64,000 nt of DNA from an uncultured Poribacteria bacterium (GCA_958295855.1 OY282383.1:252481-316480), one strand, 5' to 3'; positions 39,059 to 50,135 are shown, counted from the first letter of the stretch. The notes: a model not told the origin generated them from the letters alone. A program made the numbers and translations.

Positions 39059-40249
39059 TTATTCGGGGCTAAGCATTTGCAAAGGCGCGGTCGTAAATGC
39101 ACCATTTTCAACGATCTTAACGTAGGCAGGTTTATTCACGGTGTCCCCATTTTTATCAAAATAGGTTAGCCCAGTAATCCCCTTGTATCCTTCGCCCGGC
39201 GTATCCAACGATGCCAAGTAATCGCGGATAGCTTTTCGATTCTCGCTGAAAGTAGCACTTTCATTGTAGGTATTTTCAATCGATTCAGCGATCATACCGA
39301 CAGCATCATACGAGAGTGCTGCCCAAGTATCCGGTGCGACACCGTAATCGGCTTTGAATGCCTCGGCGACTTTCCCCGCTTCTTCTCCGCCTGCACCGAA
39401 CAGAAAAGGGGTCGTTAGATACGTTCCCTCTGCGGCATCGCCTGCGATTGTGAGAAAATCAGGTGAGTCAATCCCATCTCCACCGAAAAACCGAGCGGTG
39501 ATACCCGCCTCACGCGCTTGTTTGGCAATCAGGCCCGCTTGTCCGTAGAGCCCAGAGATAAAGATACCATCTGGATTTTTTGCTTTAATGCTGGTGAGCT
39601 GTGCTTTAAAATCGGTATTATCCCGGTCGTACGCTTCTGAAGCAACAAGTGTCAGCCCAATTGCTTCCGCTTCGGCGGTGAATGCGTCTGCCAACCCTTT
39701 GCCGTAATCGTCGTTATCATAGAGAACGGCTACAGATTGTAATTCCTTCAAGACGTTCTTAATATATTTGGCGATAAATTTTCCCTGAAAATCGTCTCGA
39801 TACAAATTCCGGAATGCCCAGTCGCTGCCTTCACAGACACTTACATTTGTCGAACCGGGTGACAATGCAACGATGCCGGTACGTTGATAAATAGTTTTAC
39901 CAGCTAACGAACAGGTACTGTTAAAATGCCCGACAACTGCAAGGATTTGTCGGTTATTGGCGATGCGCGTTGCAACGTTAATCGCCTCCTTCCCTTTGCC
40001 GGTATCATCTTCAAAGATAAGCGTTAGTTTCATGCCGTTGATACCACCCGCAGCATTGATTTCTTTTGCTTTGAGCTCAGTACCGCGTTGGATCATTTCG
40101 CCAAACGCCGCGGCATTGCCTGTAAATGGACCGGCCACAGCGACTTTTAACTCTTTCTGCACTTCTCGTGTGTCTTGGCTTGCAGGTTGGCACCCGTATA
40201 AAGCTATAATGCCCGCCAGCAGAAACACCACGAGCCAATCATTTTTCAT
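39059..40249 (-). CDS. livK: Branched-chain amino acid ABC substrate-binding lipoprotein
   Basis: LYGC lipobox; GPFTG, INAAGGING, VVGHFNS, DDYGKGL, DFKAQL. Confidence 0.85.
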   Translation of the reverse strand: MKNDWLVVFLLAGIIALYGCQPASQDTREVQKELKVAVAGPFTGNAAAFGEMIQRGTELKAKEINAAGGINGMKLTLIFEDDTGKGKEAINVATRIANNRQILAVVGHFNSTCSLAGKTIYQRTGIVALSPGSTNVSVCEGSDWAFRNLYRDDFQGKFIAKYIKNVLKELQSVAVLYDNDDYGKGLADAFTAEAEAIGLTLVASEAYDRDNTDFKAQLTSIKAKNPDGIFISGLYGQAGLIAKQAREAGITARFFGGDGIDSPDFLTIAGDAAEGTYLTTPFLFGAGGEEAGKVAEAFKADYGVAPDTWAALSYDAVGMIAESIENTYNESATFSENRKAIRDYLASLDTPGEGYKGITGLTYFDKNGDTVNKPAYVKIVENGAFTTAPLQMLSPE

Positions 40250-40593
40250 TTTGTGTATCCTCCAATTGCATCACAAACCTCTTCTGAGCCAAGTTATATA
40301 GAAAAGTCCGTGTGTAAAGGTATATTACCCCTGCTTTGCAGGGGCTAATACCACTCCAGACCTAACTTGCAAGAGTTCATAATAAAAATCTGTGATCTTG
40401 ATTATGAAACTCTCCTTTTCCGCAAGGAACAACGAAAGATCGCTTGTTGTTGGGCCCACCCGGAGCCCTGGTCTTCCAAAGCAAAATGCAGCCCACAACA
40501 ACAAAATCTCGCGTCGCGCTACCTGCACCGTGCCACCATCTCCATAGTCTCTAATGTACAGGCAGGGCCATAGTGTTTGCCCAAGCAGTGAGT

Positions 40594-41373
40594 TTACTTT
40601 ACTGCACCGACTTGCCTAAAGTCAAATTTAAATTCCAACTTATCCTGCTTACCGTTTGAATGGACTCTCCGGATTTCAGGCACAATAATTCTGACATCCG
40701 TTGCGTCAACGTTAAGCCGATCGAAGATTAAGAGGCCCCTTCGTTTCGCACCGGGGAACAACTTGCCACCCTCAAAGATACTATCCTCTATGACGATGCG
40801 CCCCTCCTCCAAGGCCTCAACATCCAGGTACGTCTGGTAGGCGCGAGAGTAAGGATAATACCCACGATACGGTGAGTAGTCGTAAGGATAAGTTGTTGTG
40901 GCGAGATCAAGACGCTGCGGGAAATCTACGTTGTCATAGAGCCCCTCAAAGTAATCAGCGGATAGATTCGCGTATTGCACACCACTTCCATCCATTAACA
41001 CCGCTGTTTCATCGGCTAACACGCGTGGGTTATCCAGATTGTGGACTGTTATTTCAACAACTGTGTAGATAGGCTCTACAGCACCACCTCTTTCGACCGA
41101 GAGATAGGGGTTAATCCTCGGGTCATCGGTGAGCGCAAATATCTCCACTTCATCAAGCGGTTCAATGGTAACAGCAACCCCTTTTTGTTCGACAGTCATG
41201 GCACCTGTCTCAGTATCAACATGGGCGTTAAAGCGGCCTTCAATAGGTTCCATGTAGACTTCAACAGAAGGCTGCGGTTTCACTGCACACCCTGCCAGCA
41301 ACAGACCTACTAAGATGAGCATACCAAAGCATAAATACTTTGTTTGAGTGTCTGTGAAAATTTGAGACATCAT
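40594..41373 (-). CDS. Hypothetical lipoprotein
   Basis: LLAGC lipobox; 259 aa ORF with GGAGG SD. Confidence 0.75.
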   Translation of the reverse strand: MMSQIFTDTQTKYLCFGMLILVGLLLAGCAVKPQPSVEVYMEPIEGRFNAHVDTETGAMTVEQKGVAVTIEPLDEVEIFALTDDPRINPYLSVERGGAVEPIYTVVEITVHNLDNPRVLADETAVLMDGSGVQYANLSADYFEGLYDNVDFPQRLDLATTTYPYDYSPYRGYYPYSRAYQTYLDVEALEEGRIVIEDSIFEGGKLFPGAKRRGLLIFDRLNVDATDVRIIVPEIRRVHSNGKQDKLEFKFDFRQVGAVK

Positions 41374-41447
41374 GAACTTCGCCTCCTTTGTAACTGGATT
41401 TCCAATTTATATTTTACACAAAGACCAATATCATTGTCAAGCATTTT

Positions 41448-42683
41448 TTACGGGGCTGCATCAGTTTTTTCCAATTTTTGGTACTGCGCTGTCAAATTAA
41501 TAGCAATCACGTCCCACAAGCCTGCCATCACCATGGCGGTGATAGAGAACGCTGCCCCAGGAATCGTTTTCACAACGAGGCGTACCAGTTCAATGACACC
41601 AGCACTTCCACCCTTTGCAAAACGATATCCAAAAGAATCGATAATCTGTTTTGCGCGATACCGTTCGTCATAAGTGAGCGGCATATAGAACAACTCTTTC
41701 GCTGCCCGAAAAAATGAGTAATCAAGTGCTTTGAACAACATGTATGCCGTTGCCCCAGTGCGGAGCGACGGAGCAAGGGTGAGGACAAACCCACTGACCA
41801 CATGAACTACCGGAATGCCGATATGGATAATCCTGACCGAAAGAAATCGAAGCGCGAGCGGAACGGCCGCCAATTGTAAGACACAGGATATCCCGCCGAG
41901 CCAGGCATAGAAAGTGCCGTAAAATGCGGTTCTGTCGTCTTTGATCGGGCTTTCAATTTCGGCGAGCCCGTTGAAACGTAGGTCAAGGACGGTTGAGACA
42001 ATCTGGGTACTCAAGATAAGCAAGGCAATAAATACGAGATATCTGGAGCGGAAAAGCGTTTTTACGCCGAGGTGTCCAAGTTGTCCGCCTGCCTCTTCCA
42101 CAGCCGGTTTCGGTTCGCCCGCGAGTTTGTAAGCGATAGCACTGAAAATCGTTGTCGGTAGCAGAGAACCCGCTGTAAATAGCAGTAGCGTTTCAGAACC
42201 TAAAGGTGCTGCCCATCTGCTGACAAGTACACCGCCCACAACGGCGCCGAGTGAGGCAACTGCACAAAATGGCCCATTCACCTGTTTCGCCTGCGCAGGC
42301 GTGAGCGTGCTGTTGACGAACGCCCAGTACTGCTCAATGATAATCACAATGTATGCCTCGCGAAAGACGTAGATGATGGCCGAGGCGACATGCACACCGT
42401 GAGAGAGCGCGAGATAGCACCCCAGAATTAAAGCACCAGACAGGAGCGAGGTTATCGCCAGCGTGCGCGTCGCCCCCTGCCACGAAAGAAGGCGGCCGTA
42501 AACGTAAAGCAGCAGAATCAGGCTCGGCGGAACCGCTATCATTGCGCGCGGGAGGTTTTCCGCACCGTAACTCGCGATGAACAAGGAGGTAGAAACGGCA
42601 CGGATAAACTCGTAGCCGCACAAGAGAAAACTGCCAGCGGCAGAGATGGAAATGGCTGCGTACAGAATATGTCGAGGAAGCAT
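41448..42683 (-). CDS. MFS transporter, NTT/TLC (ATP/ADP translocase)-like
   Basis: ~11-12 TM; QYWAFVN, KALDYS, KELFYMPL..DERYRAKQIIDSFGYRFAK. Confidence 0.75.
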   Translation of the reverse strand: MLPRHILYAAISISAAGSFLLCGYEFIRAVSTSLFIASYGAENLPRAMIAVPPSLILLLYVYGRLLSWQGATRTLAITSLLSGALILGCYLALSHGVHVASAIIYVFREAYIVIIIEQYWAFVNSTLTPAQAKQVNGPFCAVASLGAVVGGVLVSRWAAPLGSETLLLFTAGSLLPTTIFSAIAYKLAGEPKPAVEEAGGQLGHLGVKTLFRSRYLVFIALLILSTQIVSTVLDLRFNGLAEIESPIKDDRTAFYGTFYAWLGGISCVLQLAAVPLALRFLSVRIIHIGIPVVHVVSGFVLTLAPSLRTGATAYMLFKALDYSFFRAAKELFYMPLTYDERYRAKQIIDSFGYRFAKGGSAGVIELVRLVVKTIPGAAFSITAMVMAGLWDVIAINLTAQYQKLEKTDAAP

Positions 42684-42883
42684 TTTTTTATCCTACAGAT
42701 GATGCGTGGTATTTGCCCCTGCTTTGCAGGGGTTATTACCTTACGGCTGGCAGCGCGCGGGGCAGTGCACTCTAGTTTGTGGGAGGGGTTTGTTCAGGTC
42801 ATAGCCCGCGCAAAGCGGGGGTATAACCTCTTCCCGACTGCATAGCACTGCGTTCCTCTGCTACAGTTGGCACAGCGTTGCTG

Positions 42884-43714
42884 TCAACGCTGCTCTGGTA
42901 TCCTATCCTCCGCCGGCCGCGGCGAGTGAATCCAATGCCCACTCGCATCACTACCTCTCGCAACAATAGCACGTTGGTTCCAACTGTTTGCAGACCGGAC
43001 ATCCGGCGGCACAAATCGCATTGTCAAACCACATCGCCGCCGGTCGGAGATGTTCGGTTCAGAACCGTGCAATAGCAAATCGGAATGCAGAGAGAGCTGC
43101 CCGGCTTTCATCTCAAATGCAACAGGTGCATCGCCATATTGCCCCGGTTGGGTAACTGTCTGGCTCAACACATTCTTCTCCTCAGCCGTGCTCCGTTCAA
43201 ACGCAATTTGCCCGTGTAGATGTGATTTGGGAATAACCGTCATCGCCCCATTTTCAACCGCAGCGTCGTCAATCGCGAGCCACACGGTGACGGTTTTGCT
43301 CGGCGATAGGGGCCAATAGGAGGCATCCTGATGCCAACTTACCTGCTGTTCCTCACCAGGAAGTTTGCAGAAGTAATGGGTTGCCCAGCAGATAAGCGTT
43401 TCGCCCAGCAGATCTTGCACGTAATCCAATATTCTGTCTTCATTAATGAGCTCATAGATGCCGGTGCAGTGCGTCTGCCATCCGTTAATGGAGTAACTAC
43501 TCCATCCTGCGGCCACCGCCTTTTTCATGAGCTGGTCGAAATAGGCGCGGTGTTCCGCTATTTCCGATTCGGAAAAGACATCTAACGGACAGATAAAACC
43601 CTTTTCATTGAAGTGTTGAATTTCAGCGCGCGTTAACGTTGATGGATTGTCGTTTTCAATAGGAAAAAATTGGAGTTTGCGATTTAGTTCTGGCATTGCA
43701 TCGATTATTGCCAT
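42884..43714 (-). CDS. Phytanoyl-CoA dioxygenase (PhyH)-family protein
   Basis: WHQDASYW, VTVWLAIDD...NGAM..IP.SH, LLHGSEPN...RRCG. Confidence 0.88.
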   Translation of the reverse strand: MAIIDAMPELNRKLQFFPIENDNPSTLTRAEIQHFNEKGFICPLDVFSESEIAEHRAYFDQLMKKAVAAGWSSYSINGWQTHCTGIYELINEDRILDYVQDLLGETLICWATHYFCKLPGEEQQVSWHQDASYWPLSPSKTVTVWLAIDDAAVENGAMTVIPKSHLHGQIAFERSTAEEKNVLSQTVTQPGQYGDAPVAFEMKAGQLSLHSDLLLHGSEPNISDRRRCGLTMRFVPPDVRSANSWNQRAIVARGSDASGHWIHSPRPAEDRIPEQR

Positions 43715-43940
43715 CGAAAAACCTCCTGTGCTGTTTGAACACTGCTATAGTGGAACTAGACAAATTATACACATAAAAAAACCAAGGTCAAGCAAAATCT
43801 GATGCACGTCGCATCTGGGCGCAGTGGTATATTACCCCTGCAAAGCAGGGGAAACCGATACCATTACGCCGCAAAACTTCTGCAAATTTTCGGTTTTCTA
43901 GAAGAACGATTGTCTGGCTTAGCGGACAAAAGTCCAATAA

Positions 43941-45665
43941 CTATTCAGCAGATACGTTCTCAATGCCACTGCCTTCTTTAATTCGAAGAATCTGATTCGG
44001 TTTCAGATCGAAAAATTGCTCTGTGAGTCCACTCGGCCACTGGAGTTCAAGGACGTTAATTTGGGTGTATTTTCCGAGCCCAAAGTGAACGCGAAGCGCG
44101 TTTTGAGAAAGATAACTGGAGCCGCTATGAACCTCTTTGACAATCGAAAGTGTGCCATGCGGTGCAGCTTGCAAGCGCATGTTGCAAGCCACAGTGATCT
44201 TCGTGCCAAGGCCGGACGCATTGCTTTGCGTACCGATAGCGTGAATTGTCACCCAGTTGTTGCTGTTACCGCCATCGTTTCGGAGTAGCGTTGCAGGTTG
44301 ATTGGAGTGGTTGAGGAAAATATCAATATCCCCATCGTTATCGTAGTCGCCGAACGCAGCCCCGCGCCCAACTCTTTTGGGCAGTTGTGTCAATCCGACT
44401 TCAGCAGAGACATCGGCAAAGTGATGCCTGCCATCTCGGTGCGCGTTTCGGAAAAGCAGGTCAGCCTGTGCATAAGTAGCATCTGAAAAGCGCGCGATGT
44501 TTTCCTGAAGATGCCCGTTGGCAACGAAAATGTCAAGAAGCCCATCGTTGTTGTAATCTAAAAATTCTACTGCCCACTTAAAATAGGGAAGGGTTACAGC
44601 CCCAATCCCCGAAGCAAAGGAGACATCCGTAAAAAATTGCGTCTTTTCATTGTGATAGAGTAGTACAGGCAGAGAGGAGGCATTACTCACAATAAGATCT
44701 AGGTATCCATCGTTATCGTAATCACCGAACGCGCTTCCCATGCCGCTGCCAGGGATGCCGTTTTCATCGTAGCCGGTTCCAGTGAGGTCTGCAGCCTCGG
44801 TAAAAGTGCCATCACCGTTGTTTCGGTAAAGTAGGTCTGCCTCCATATCGTTCGCGATGTGTAGATCCGGGTAGCCATCATTATCGTAATCGCCGACTGC
44901 CACAGCAAGTCCGAGCGCGCGATGCGAAATCCCAGCTGCTTGGGTGATATCTGTGAAGGTACCGTCGCCGTTATTACGATAGAGAACATCTGGTTCGCTT
45001 ACAAAATGACTGCCGGCAATCCCATCCGTTGGACTACAATAGGTTCGGATGCCGCGTGTCTCCCACCATCGGTTTTCCGCAATAGAAAATTTCATATAGT
45101 TGACAACATAGAGGTCAACATCGCCATCTAAATCGTAATCCAGAAAAGCACAACTCGTTCCCCAGCGGCTATCGCCCACGCCAGCCTTCTGCGTGACATC
45201 GGTAAAAGTGCCATCACCGTTGTTCTGATAGAGCCTGTTGCTTCCATAATTTGTTACATAAATTTCGGGATAGCCATCGTTATTGACATCCGCGGCGGCA
45301 CACCCAACCCCGTATCCGGTATCCCCCACCCCTGCTTTGAGCGTAATGTCGGTAAAAGTGCCATTGCCGTTGTTCCGATAGAGTCTGTTTCGCGGGAGGT
45401 GTGTCTGAGCGGATTGCTCGCCGACTGGCGGCGGGATATGCGTAGCATTGACTATATAAAGGTCAAGGTAACCGTCAGCATCAAAGTCAAAAAAGAGTGC
45501 ACCGGAGCCAAGGGTTTCAATGAGAAACTTCTCACCGCTTCTACCGTCAACATGCCGGAACGCAATTCCCGCAGTCGCAGTAGCATCGACGAATTGAACT
45601 TCGGGATAGGCACGTGTGCTAATGGGAACCACCAAACACAGCAGGATACAGCAGATACATCTCAT
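43941..45665 (-). CDS. CRTAC1 / ASPIC-UnbV FG-GAP repeat protein
   Basis: LYRNNGDGTFTD repeats, GDYDNDG, GRGAAFGDYDNDGD, SYLSQ...HFGLG, WPSG. Confidence 0.9.
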   Translation of the reverse strand: MRCICCILLCLVVPISTRAYPEVQFVDATATAGIAFRHVDGRSGEKFLIETLGSGALFFDFDADGYLDLYIVNATHIPPPVGEQSAQTHLPRNRLYRNNGNGTFTDITLKAGVGDTGYGVGCAAADVNNDGYPEIYVTNYGSNRLYQNNGDGTFTDVTQKAGVGDSRWGTSCAFLDYDLDGDVDLYVVNYMKFSIAENRWWETRGIRTYCSPTDGIAGSHFVSEPDVLYRNNGDGTFTDITQAAGISHRALGLAVAVGDYDNDGYPDLHIANDMEADLLYRNNGDGTFTEAADLTGTGYDENGIPGSGMGSAFGDYDNDGYLDLIVSNASSLPVLLYHNEKTQFFTDVSFASGIGAVTLPYFKWAVEFLDYNNDGLLDIFVANGHLQENIARFSDATYAQADLLFRNAHRDGRHHFADVSAEVGLTQLPKRVGRGAAFGDYDNDGDIDIFLNHSNQPATLLRNDGGNSNNWVTIHAIGTQSNASGLGTKITVACNMRLQAAPHGTLSIVKEVHSGSSYLSQNALRVHFGLGKYTQINVLELQWPSGLTEQFFDLKPNQILRIKEGSGIENVSAE

Positions 45666-46834
45666 TTTTTGTGGGAGGGGTAGGCATTTCCCGAAGGTTT
45701 AATTGCCTTTTCGAGGGCATGTTGTGCTTCACTGTCCAACCCGAGGTGGGTGTAAACTTGGGCAAGCGTATCCCAATAATTTGACTCAGTTGGGGCAAGG
45801 CGGACAGCGGTTTGTGCATGGAAGAGGGCTTTACCGAGGACTGCCTTCGATTCCATATAGCAGACTGCGATATTATTATGCGCGATGGCGAGTGTCACAT
45901 CGGCAGAAAGTGCCTGCTGATAAGCCGCGATGGCAAGTTTTAGGTTGCCCCGTTTATGGTGAGCATGCCCCAAATTGTAATGTGCAGTGGCCAAAGCCGG
46001 AGACAGAGAAATAGCGCGTTTATAGTTTTCAATCGCTTTCTCAAAGCGGCGGCGCGCTAAGTAAACGATGCCTAGGTTGTTATAGCCTTTTGCATCATCG
46101 GGATGCCTTTTCACCCACAACTGGGCTTTCTCAAGGAGCGGGTCGGTGTGGCGGAGCACTTTGAAGAACGCCATCGTCGATGCCGCTTTTTTCTTTTCTC
46201 CGCGTTTGATATATACCTGAGCGAGTTGATAATGCGCTGCTGTGTTATCCACCTGAATCTTAATGACGCTGTCAAAAGCAGCCATCGCAGCGTCCAAGTG
46301 CCCTTGTTTCGCATACACCTGACCTAGGCCAAAAATCGCACCGGTGTCGTTTGGATTGCGACGCACAGCAAATCTATAAGCTTGTTCTGCCTGCGCCAGA
46401 TCTCCCTGTTTCAGGTACACCTCGCCGAGGCCACTATAGGCATCTCCCCACTCCGCATCAACAGCGATAGCCCGTTTAAACGCCTCGGCAGCGAGCGGGA
46501 AAATGCCCTGCTTCAGGTAAACTAACCCGATATTATAGTGCGGCTCAGCTGTCATAGGCGACAATACGAGTGCCTGCCGATACGCGTCAAGTGCAGCACT
46601 GTATTGCTTCAGCTCAGCATAAGCAACACCGAGCCTGTTATAGATGACAGGGGAATTGGGATGAAGCGCGATGGCTTTTTTGTATTCGGAGATGGCGCGC
46701 TCGAATTCTCCAAGAGAGTGGTGAGTAGATGCATCTCTATAATGCTTTTCAGCAGGTGAAAAATTAGAGAAAGCGATGTTTCCAAAAGCACTAAAAAGGA
46801 TAAATAGGGTGAAATATTTGAACATACGCTTCAC
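45662..46834 (-). CDS. Secreted tetratricopeptide repeat protein
   Basis: Multiple YNNLG/HYNLG..A...Y..A TPR units. Confidence 0.88.
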   Translation of the reverse strand: MKRMFKYFTLFILFSAFGNIAFSNFSPAEKHYRDASTHHSLGEFERAISEYKKAIALHPNSPVIYNRLGVAYAELKQYSAALDAYRQALVLSPMTAEPHYNIGLVYLKQGIFPLAAEAFKRAIAVDAEWGDAYSGLGEVYLKQGDLAQAEQAYRFAVRRNPNDTGAIFGLGQVYAKQGHLDAAMAAFDSVIKIQVDNTAAHYQLAQVYIKRGEKKKAASTMAFFKVLRHTDPLLEKAQLWVKRHPDDAKGYNNLGIVYLARRRFEKAIENYKRAISLSPALATAHYNLGHAHHKRGNLKLAIAAYQQALSADVTLAIAHNNIAVCYMESKAVLGKALFHAQTAVRLAPTESNYWDTLAQVYTHLGLDSEAQHALEKAIKPSGNAYPSHKK

Positions 46835-46882
46835 CTCTGGTGTATAGGGGCAGCATCTGTACCGCCCCTACCCAGTGTAATT

Positions 46883-47659
46883 CTAATCGCGATGGGCTTT
46901 AAGACTAGCCCACGTCGTCGCGAGTTTCTCTGCGGGTTCCACCGGTAGAAAATCGCCATCTTTAATCTCGTTGATTTCCGCTTCAGTGATGATGCGGTTG
47001 AAGAGAAACACCTCGTCAATGATACCGGTGAAAAATTCTTCGCCGGGGTGGCGTGCACCAACCATAACGGAGCCATCAATCTCATCAACAGGTGGTGGCT
47101 TATCTCCGCCGCCCGCTTTCTTACCGTCGTTGTAGATAACAACCTCGGATTTGGTGTCATGCGTCACAGCAAGGTGCACCCAGTCATCGGGTTGAATGTC
47201 ATCGGTGATGGCTTTTTGTGCCCAAGCCCCGCCCGCTGTCGACCAGAAATAGGTTTTACTGTCGTTTGTTCTAAAAATCGACGCCCATTTCAAGCTGCCC
47301 GCTGTCACCATGTAATTCCATTCTCGAATTTGATCGTCGCCCCGTTTAACCCAAAAAGCGATCGAGAACTGTTCAGTTAACTGTAACGTATCGTTGATAG
47401 GCACCATCACATGCTGTTGCTTTGTTCCATCGAACTCCAAGGCCTTGCCGAACTGCCCATCTACCCATGTGGGGTTTTGGATGAGTTCCCCATCATGTCC
47501 ATGAACAGAGCTATCTTTAGCATCTCCCCCTTTTCCTTCATCAAAAGAGAGGTATAAAACGAGGGATTTGTCATCCAACCCTGCATATAACGGTGTAGTA
47601 AGGGTGAAGACCACGAATATTGTGACAAACACTCCTATAAATTGTCCTAATTTGCACAC
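46883..47659 (-). CDS. Secreted LamG/concanavalin-like domain protein
   Basis: LVLYLSFDEG.G, GQFGKALEFDG, WVHLAVT, FTGIIDEV, PVEPAEKLATTWASLK; GTG with AGGAGG SD. Confidence 0.88.
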   Translation of the reverse strand: MCKLGQFIGVFVTIFVVFTLTTPLYAGLDDKSLVLYLSFDEGKGGDAKDSSVHGHDGELIQNPTWVDGQFGKALEFDGTKQQHVMVPINDTLQLTEQFSIAFWVKRGDDQIREWNYMVTAGSLKWASIFRTNDSKTYFWSTAGGAWAQKAITDDIQPDDWVHLAVTHDTKSEVVIYNDGKKAGGGDKPPPVDEIDGSVMVGARHPGEEFFTGIIDEVFLFNRIITEAEINEIKDGDFLPVEPAEKLATTWASLKAHRD

Positions 47660-47968
47660 AGTGAATTCCTCCTTCTCATCAATTCGGTTTCTGCTCCGAT
47701 TTTTCCAGGTGGCAAGCACCTCCGCTTTGCGGGGGTATTATCCTTTGTGTCAAAATCGGGTTTCTTTTTAGTTGTAGAGTGTTCCCCGCTAATTAATGCA
47801 TCGAAAACCTCTGACGAGAGCTACAGTGCATTGTGAGACGTGTCTTGCCAATGGTATTTGCCCCTGCTTTGCAGGGGTTTCATACCAAGTTGTGAATGGC
47901 CAATGAACAACTTTTTTATTTCTTACATTTGCTGATTACTCCGCAAGGAATGACAAAAACACGAGAAA

Positions 47969-49732
47969 TCAGCATGCACCACACTTCTTGCAAACGGTAG
48001 TATCACATTCGCTCGTCATAAACCCTTTTTCGTGCTTGTTGAATTCTAACTGTAGGAATTGGGGTTTAACATTGAGATCGAGATGATCCCAAGGATTTAT
48101 CTCATCAAATGGGCGTTGGCGGATCGCGTAAAAATCGGGGGCTAACCCGTGGTTACGGAAGGCTTGGTTCCATGATGCCCCGCGGGCAAGTTCTAGGATA
48201 ACCTTTCCAAGGCGCCGGTCGCCCCGTGCAAAGGCTGCTTCCTGGTGTGCGAGTCTAGCACTCGCGGACCCGACCTTTATGCTTCCGAGTTGGTTAATTT
48301 CGCGTCTCAGAAAATCAAGTTTTCGGGCAATGGTTTTGGGAGGTTCCATGGCAACCCACTGAAAAGGCGTATGCGGCTTAGGCACCATTGGAGAAATCGT
48401 AAAACTAATACGGCCCATCCTCCCAGTTCGCTTTGCATAAGGGAGAAGAATCGTTCGCATCTCTTTAGCCATATCCACAATCGCTGTCACATCCGCAGGG
48501 GTTTCATGAGGGACTCCGATGAGGAAGTATAAGCGAAGATTGAGAATATCACGCTTCAACGCCTCTTCAAAGACATAATAGAGCCGTTCCCGCGGAATTG
48601 CTTTATTCACAACCTTTTGAAGTTCTTCAGTCGCCACTTCGGGAGCAATCGTAATTGTGCCTTGTTCGCTGTCAGCAAGTGCATCAAGTAAAGGGGCTCG
48701 TACTGTCTCCGCGCGAAGTGAAGCACATGAGATGCGAAACCCTCGTGCTACCAAGCCAGTTGCTATCTCGTCAATTTGCGGATGGTCGGATATGGAGGCC
48801 CCGACTAACCCAATTCTGTCCGTAATGCCTCTTGCTCTTTCTGCGAGTGCCAGCGTATTTTGCACGGAGCGATGCCTCGGCCATCGACGGGCGTAATCTG
48901 CCACACAAAAACGACACTGCCTGCCACAACCACGCACGATCTCAATCAGATGCGCATTTGCAAACTCAGTATTCGGCGTATGAATATGTGTACAGGTTTG
49001 GACATCATCAAGTTTCGGCACCGCGGCGGCACGAATTCGTGGCGGTACATCCGGTTGTGGGCGGACCTGCTGGATAGTTCCATCATCTCGATAGGTTACG
49101 TCATAAAAACGTGGGACATAGAGCCCTGTAACCGTCGCGAGTGTTTTAAGCAATTCGGTTTTGGACGGGTGGTATGTACCCCGCTTTGCGGGGTTTCCGC
49201 CTTTTGCGCTCTGCTTCCATTCCTGAAAGTGTGCCATGAGTTCATGGATAACAACCTCAGCTTCTCCGACAACAAACACATCTATGAAGTCAGCAATCGG
49301 TTCTGGATTGTAGGAAATATTAATGCCGCCTGCTATCACAAGCGGTTCCCATTCCGAACGTTCCTCGGCAAGTGGTGGGATGTTCGCCAACTCCAAGGTG
49401 CGCGGAATATTAACATAATCCGATTCAAATGAGACCGAAAAACCGATGATGTCGAACCGGTTAAGTGCCGTTTGCGTCTCAAAAGAAAAGAGCCGCGTTT
49501 TCTGGCTGACAAGCTTCCGAAGATATTCAGATTCAGGCACGAAGACACGCTCGCAAGCCGTATCGTCTCGGCTGTTGAGCGTAGCATAGATAACCTGAAC
49601 GCCAAGACTCGACATCCCAAGTTGATAGGTACTCGGGTAGACGAGCGCGAAGCGGTTCGGTTTTCTGAAATTCAGACGTGGGTTTCCGTGTTCTTCGCTC
49701 AGCAGGTGTTGGTAGTGCTCTTGTAAATTCAA
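47969..49732 (-). CDS. Radical SAM protein, TIGR03960-like (B12-binding-like N-terminus)
   Basis: YPSTYQLGMSSLG, CERVF, EIVRGCGRQCRFC, PKPHTPFQW, C-terminal CKKCGAC. Confidence 0.88.
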   Translation of the reverse strand: MNLQEHYQHLLSEEHGNPRLNFRKPNRFALVYPSTYQLGMSSLGVQVIYATLNSRDDTACERVFVPESEYLRKLVSQKTRLFSFETQTALNRFDIIGFSVSFESDYVNIPRTLELANIPPLAEERSEWEPLVIAGGINISYNPEPIADFIDVFVVGEAEVVIHELMAHFQEWKQSAKGGNPAKRGTYHPSKTELLKTLATVTGLYVPRFYDVTYRDDGTIQQVRPQPDVPPRIRAAAVPKLDDVQTCTHIHTPNTEFANAHLIEIVRGCGRQCRFCVADYARRWPRHRSVQNTLALAERARGITDRIGLVGASISDHPQIDEIATGLVARGFRISCASLRAETVRAPLLDALADSEQGTITIAPEVATEELQKVVNKAIPRERLYYVFEEALKRDILNLRLYFLIGVPHETPADVTAIVDMAKEMRTILLPYAKRTGRMGRISFTISPMVPKPHTPFQWVAMEPPKTIARKLDFLRREINQLGSIKVGSASARLAHQEAAFARGDRRLGKVILELARGASWNQAFRNHGLAPDFYAIRQRPFDEINPWDHLDLNVKPQFLQLEFNKHEKGFMTSECDTTVCKKCGAC

Positions 49733-49977
49733 TTTTTTTTGCCTTTTTCGTTTTTCCTTGCGGAGTAATCAGATTGCATTTTTCTCCACAAAGTTCGGTG
49801 GAGGTTTGTGATACAATGCATTTGTCTAGCAAGTTTTGGCTTGCAAGCTTCGCCGCGTCTGTCTAGCAAGTGGGCATGCCCTGTTGCACTGCGGGTATAT
49901 TTTCTCTATTATCCTCCACATCACCAGAGAGCCCTAGTATCGGAAGATGATTCCCCTCCCACACAAAACTGCATCGC

Positions 49978-50135
49978 CCCGATGCACGTCGCATCTGGGC
50001 GCAGAGGGTGCAAACCCCTGCTTTGCAGGGGTTCATGCCTATTCGCCGCAAATCATAGAAAACAAAGCCGATGCACGTCGCATCTGGGCGCAGAGGGTGC
50101 AAACCCCTGCTTTGCAGGGGTTCATGCCTATTAGC
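49978..50135 (+). repeat. Two tandem units of GATGCACGTCGCATCTGGGCGCA + hairpin D
   Basis: Related at 43801-43880 and 51621-51645. Confidence 0.85.
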
